Positions 62,203 through 64,000 of a stretch of DNA of 64,000 nt are shown in pieces. The number at the start of each line of letters is the position of its first letter. The stretch's first letter is position 1. The translations under genes and the position numbers were made by a program. The notes beneath the pieces are model-generated. The model had not been told where the DNA came from and searched no databases. It saw only the letters and a list, made by a program, of their open reading frames with translations. The stretch is taken from positions 12,243 through 76,242 of the forward strand of contig JAHFFW010000007.1 of NCBI GenBank assembly GCA_023247725.1, in the 5' to 3' direction. This stretch comes from Candidatus Omnitrophota bacterium. Lineage in GTDB: Bacteria; Omnitrophota; Gorgyraeia; Zapsychrales; JAHFFX01.

Positions 62203-62892
62203 TTAAGCTCCACGACGGAACACGTATTCCTGAAAAAGAATAAATAGAGGAATGCTGCTGTAAGCCATGGCCACCAGAATGCCCATGCCATGACTGACCG
62301 TCACGAGAGTCGGTTGGACTCGGGGGCTGATCAATCCATAGGTTTGGCAAAAACTTTGCACCCCATGGGATAAATGCATCCCGACGGCAATCATGGCCAG
62401 GATATAAAATCCGCTGTGCCAGGGATCAGCGAAGGCATTATAGACAATTCCGTATAAACCCAGATTTTGGCCATGCACGAGATTCTGTGGACCCAGATGA
62501 TCAACAAAGGTGAAATCAAGCAAATGCCAGATCACAAAAACGACAATGATCGTCCCGGTATAGGACATAAGAATAGACGACCAACTTCTCTGACCGACGG
62601 GACGAAAAACCTCATAACGCCTCTGGCCTCTGGCCTTGAAATTATCCCAAACAATAAGGGCCGTCACGTATAAATGGATGAGAAAAATAAGCAATAAAGC
62701 CATTTCCACGCCGTACAAACCCGGCCGCAGGCCAGTTAATTTTTTGGCATAAGCATTATAAAGATCTGGTCCGCCATAAATAAAAAGATTGCCGGCAAGG
62801 TGACCGATCAAAAATCCAATTAAAACCAGACCGGTCGTTGCCACGATCTGTTTACGGCCGATGGTCGAGTTCCAGTATTGTGGTAAGTTCAT
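62203..62892 (-). CDS. sdhC: Succinate dehydrogenase cytochrome b subunit
   Basis: STIGRK...A.TG, with heme His in GHLAGN, IHL, WHL and HLSHG; 5 TM segments. Confidence 0.93.
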   Translation of the reverse strand: MNLPQYWNSTIGRKQIVATTGLVLIGFLIGHLAGNLFIYGGPDLYNAYAKKLTGLRPGLYGVEMALLLIFLIHLYVTALIVWDNFKARGQRRYEVFRPVGQRSWSSILMSYTGTIIVVFVIWHLLDFTFVDHLGPQNLVHGQNLGLYGIVYNAFADPWHSGFYILAMIAVGMHLSHGVQSFCQTYGLISPRVQPTLVTVSHGMGILVAMAYSSIPLFILFQEYVFRRGA

Positions 62893-62916
62893 GATGAACC
62901 CTCATAGAATAAGGCG

Positions 62917-62944
62917 ATTATAGCATAATGAGGATTGAATTCAA
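62917..62944 (-). promoter_or_regulatory. Putative promoter of the sdhCAB-hem operon
   Basis: TTGAAT-N16-TATAAT with a TGn extension. Confidence 0.6.
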
Positions 62945-63026
62945 TTGACGATAAAAGCTTTTATGTCTTATGTTTACCCCAAAGACAGAACGCTGCCGAA
63001 AAAGTTGACGATTTATGGACCCCGAC

Positions 63027-63100
63027 GCCCACTTACGAAGTGCCCACTTACGAGGTGCCCACTTACGAGGTGAGGAGGTGCCCACTTACGAGGTGAGGAG
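63027..63100 (+). repeat. Four copies of the 15-bp unit GCCCACTTACGARGT (last two within a 23-bp duplication)
   Basis: Units at 63027, 63042, 63057 and 63080; gaggag follows copies 3 and 4. Confidence 0.92.
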
Positions 63101-63136
63101 TTGCCTTTTGCCGGTTCGCTTCTCCGCGATGAGCCA

Positions 63137-63667
63137 TCATGGATTCCTCTTTTTATAAAGACCGATCAATTGGGCTTCGGCCAGGACATGGCCTTTCATG
63201 GCCTTTTCGACCTCGGACTTTTTGGCTCCTTGTTTCAAGACCAGCTCTTGGTCCAGGGCATACGCCTTAAAAAAATAATGATGGGTTCCGGATGGCGGGC
63301 AGGGTCCGCCATAATTGAGCTCACCAAAATTATTGATTCCCTGAATTCCCGGAATCTGTTTTTCTTTGATTTCCATCGTCGATTGCGCGGGGATATTGAA
63401 TACGACCCAGTGGACCCACGTTCCCATCGGTGCGTCTGGATCATCAACAATCAAGGCGAGGCTTTTCGCCTGGGACGGAACGCCGGTAATGGTTAAAGGC
63501 GGATTGTTGTTATGGCCCTCGCAGGTGTATTGAGCGGGAATCATTTGATTGTTTTGAAAAGCTGAACTGGTGATTTGCATGTGTCCTCCTTGGGCCGTCT
63601 CGGCCCCGAAAATCGACGGATTATGAAAGCATAAAAGAATAACCCAGATCCAGGAATTCCGATGCAT
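63137..63667 (-). CDS. YbhB/YbcL (PEBP, Raf kinase inhibitor-like) protein, exported
   Basis: DDPDAP.GTWVHW and YGGPCPPSGTHHYFF; AAGGAGG RBS. Confidence 0.94.
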   Translation of the reverse strand: MHRNSWIWVILLCFHNPSIFGAETAQGGHMQITSSAFQNNQMIPAQYTCEGHNNNPPLTITGVPSQAKSLALIVDDPDAPMGTWVHWVVFNIPAQSTMEIKEKQIPGIQGINNFGELNYGGPCPPSGTHHYFFKAYALDQELVLKQGAKKSEVEKAMKGHVLAEAQLIGLYKKRNP

Positions 63668-63717
63668 GGCGACCTCCTTTGTTCCAATGTTAGCCATAAC
63701 GAAATGATAGGAAAGAA

Positions 63718-64000
63718 TCAGCAAACCATATAAGCTTCCACTTGCTCGAAGAATTCGTCAATATCTCCTTGGATTTCCAAAATCGGGTTGTGCGTCGAGA
63801 TTTTTACTTTGTCTAAATTCACCACGACCACCTGTCCTTTGGTGAGGGTCGGCAGTAACGCCGCCGGGTAAACCACACAAGATGTTCCAATCACGAACAA
63901 AAGATCTGCCGTTTCCGCCAAGGCATAGGATTCCGGGAGGAATTTCACATTCTCCCCGAAGAACACCACATCGGGCTTGATGACTCCGCCGCAAGAACAG
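63718..64000 (-). CDS. cobB: Sir2-family NAD-dependent deacylase (3' part; truncated by the window edge)
   Basis: C.CGGVIKPDVVFFGE, IGTSCVVYPAA and VVVN. Confidence 0.9.
   Translation of the reverse strand, partial: CSCGGVIKPDVVFFGENVKFLPESYALAETADLLFVIGTSCVVYPAALLPTLTKGQVVVVNLDKVKISTHNPILEIQGDIDEFFEQVEAYMVC

Noticed and set aside
63027-63100. CRISPR array
   Set aside because: The units are 15 bp and directly adjacent, with no unique spacers and no cas genes.
63015-63496. Plus-strand ORFs through and after the repeat (AHLRG/PTYEV repeat peptide; 63101-63496)
   Set aside because: They are largely antisense to the well-supported YbhB gene; the peptide periodicity simply reflects the DNA repeat.

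Overview
Gene-dense bacterial core-metabolism window, mostly on the minus strand. It has no transposase, integrase, CRISPR array, tRNA or rRNA that I can recognise. It encodes a 2-oxoacid:ferredoxin oxidoreductase, bioB, thiC, a fur-mntH-usp unit, aroC, ilvD, leuCD and aconitase. The rest is a large respiratory and bioenergetic block: an A-family heme-copper oxidase operon with assembly genes, a complete F1Fo ATP synthase, heme synthesis (hemA, hemE, hemN, hemY/G, hemH), System II cytochrome c maturation, moeA-mobA-moaD and succinate dehydrogenase. Gene content looks PVC-like, possibly Omnitrophota; this is inference only. Best leads: (1) a ferrochelatase with an N-terminal membrane domain, overlapping a TMEM14-family gene (the mammalian relative TMEM14C is needed for mitochondrial porphyrin handling); (2) an oxidase operon headed by an amicyanin-like blue-copper protein and containing two tiny membrane ORFs; (3) a 611-aa probable FMN/Fe-S protein (NMO/FabK/FabX-like) divergent from bioB; (4) a 15-bp repeat found at two loci about 50 kb apart, plus several short-period inverted-repeat elements in operon spacers; (5) a terminator-ended structured RNA candidate between hemA and hemH. 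All calls come from reading motifs by eye, with no database searches. Several start codons were moved downstream of the ORF-track starts using RBS and overlap evidence.
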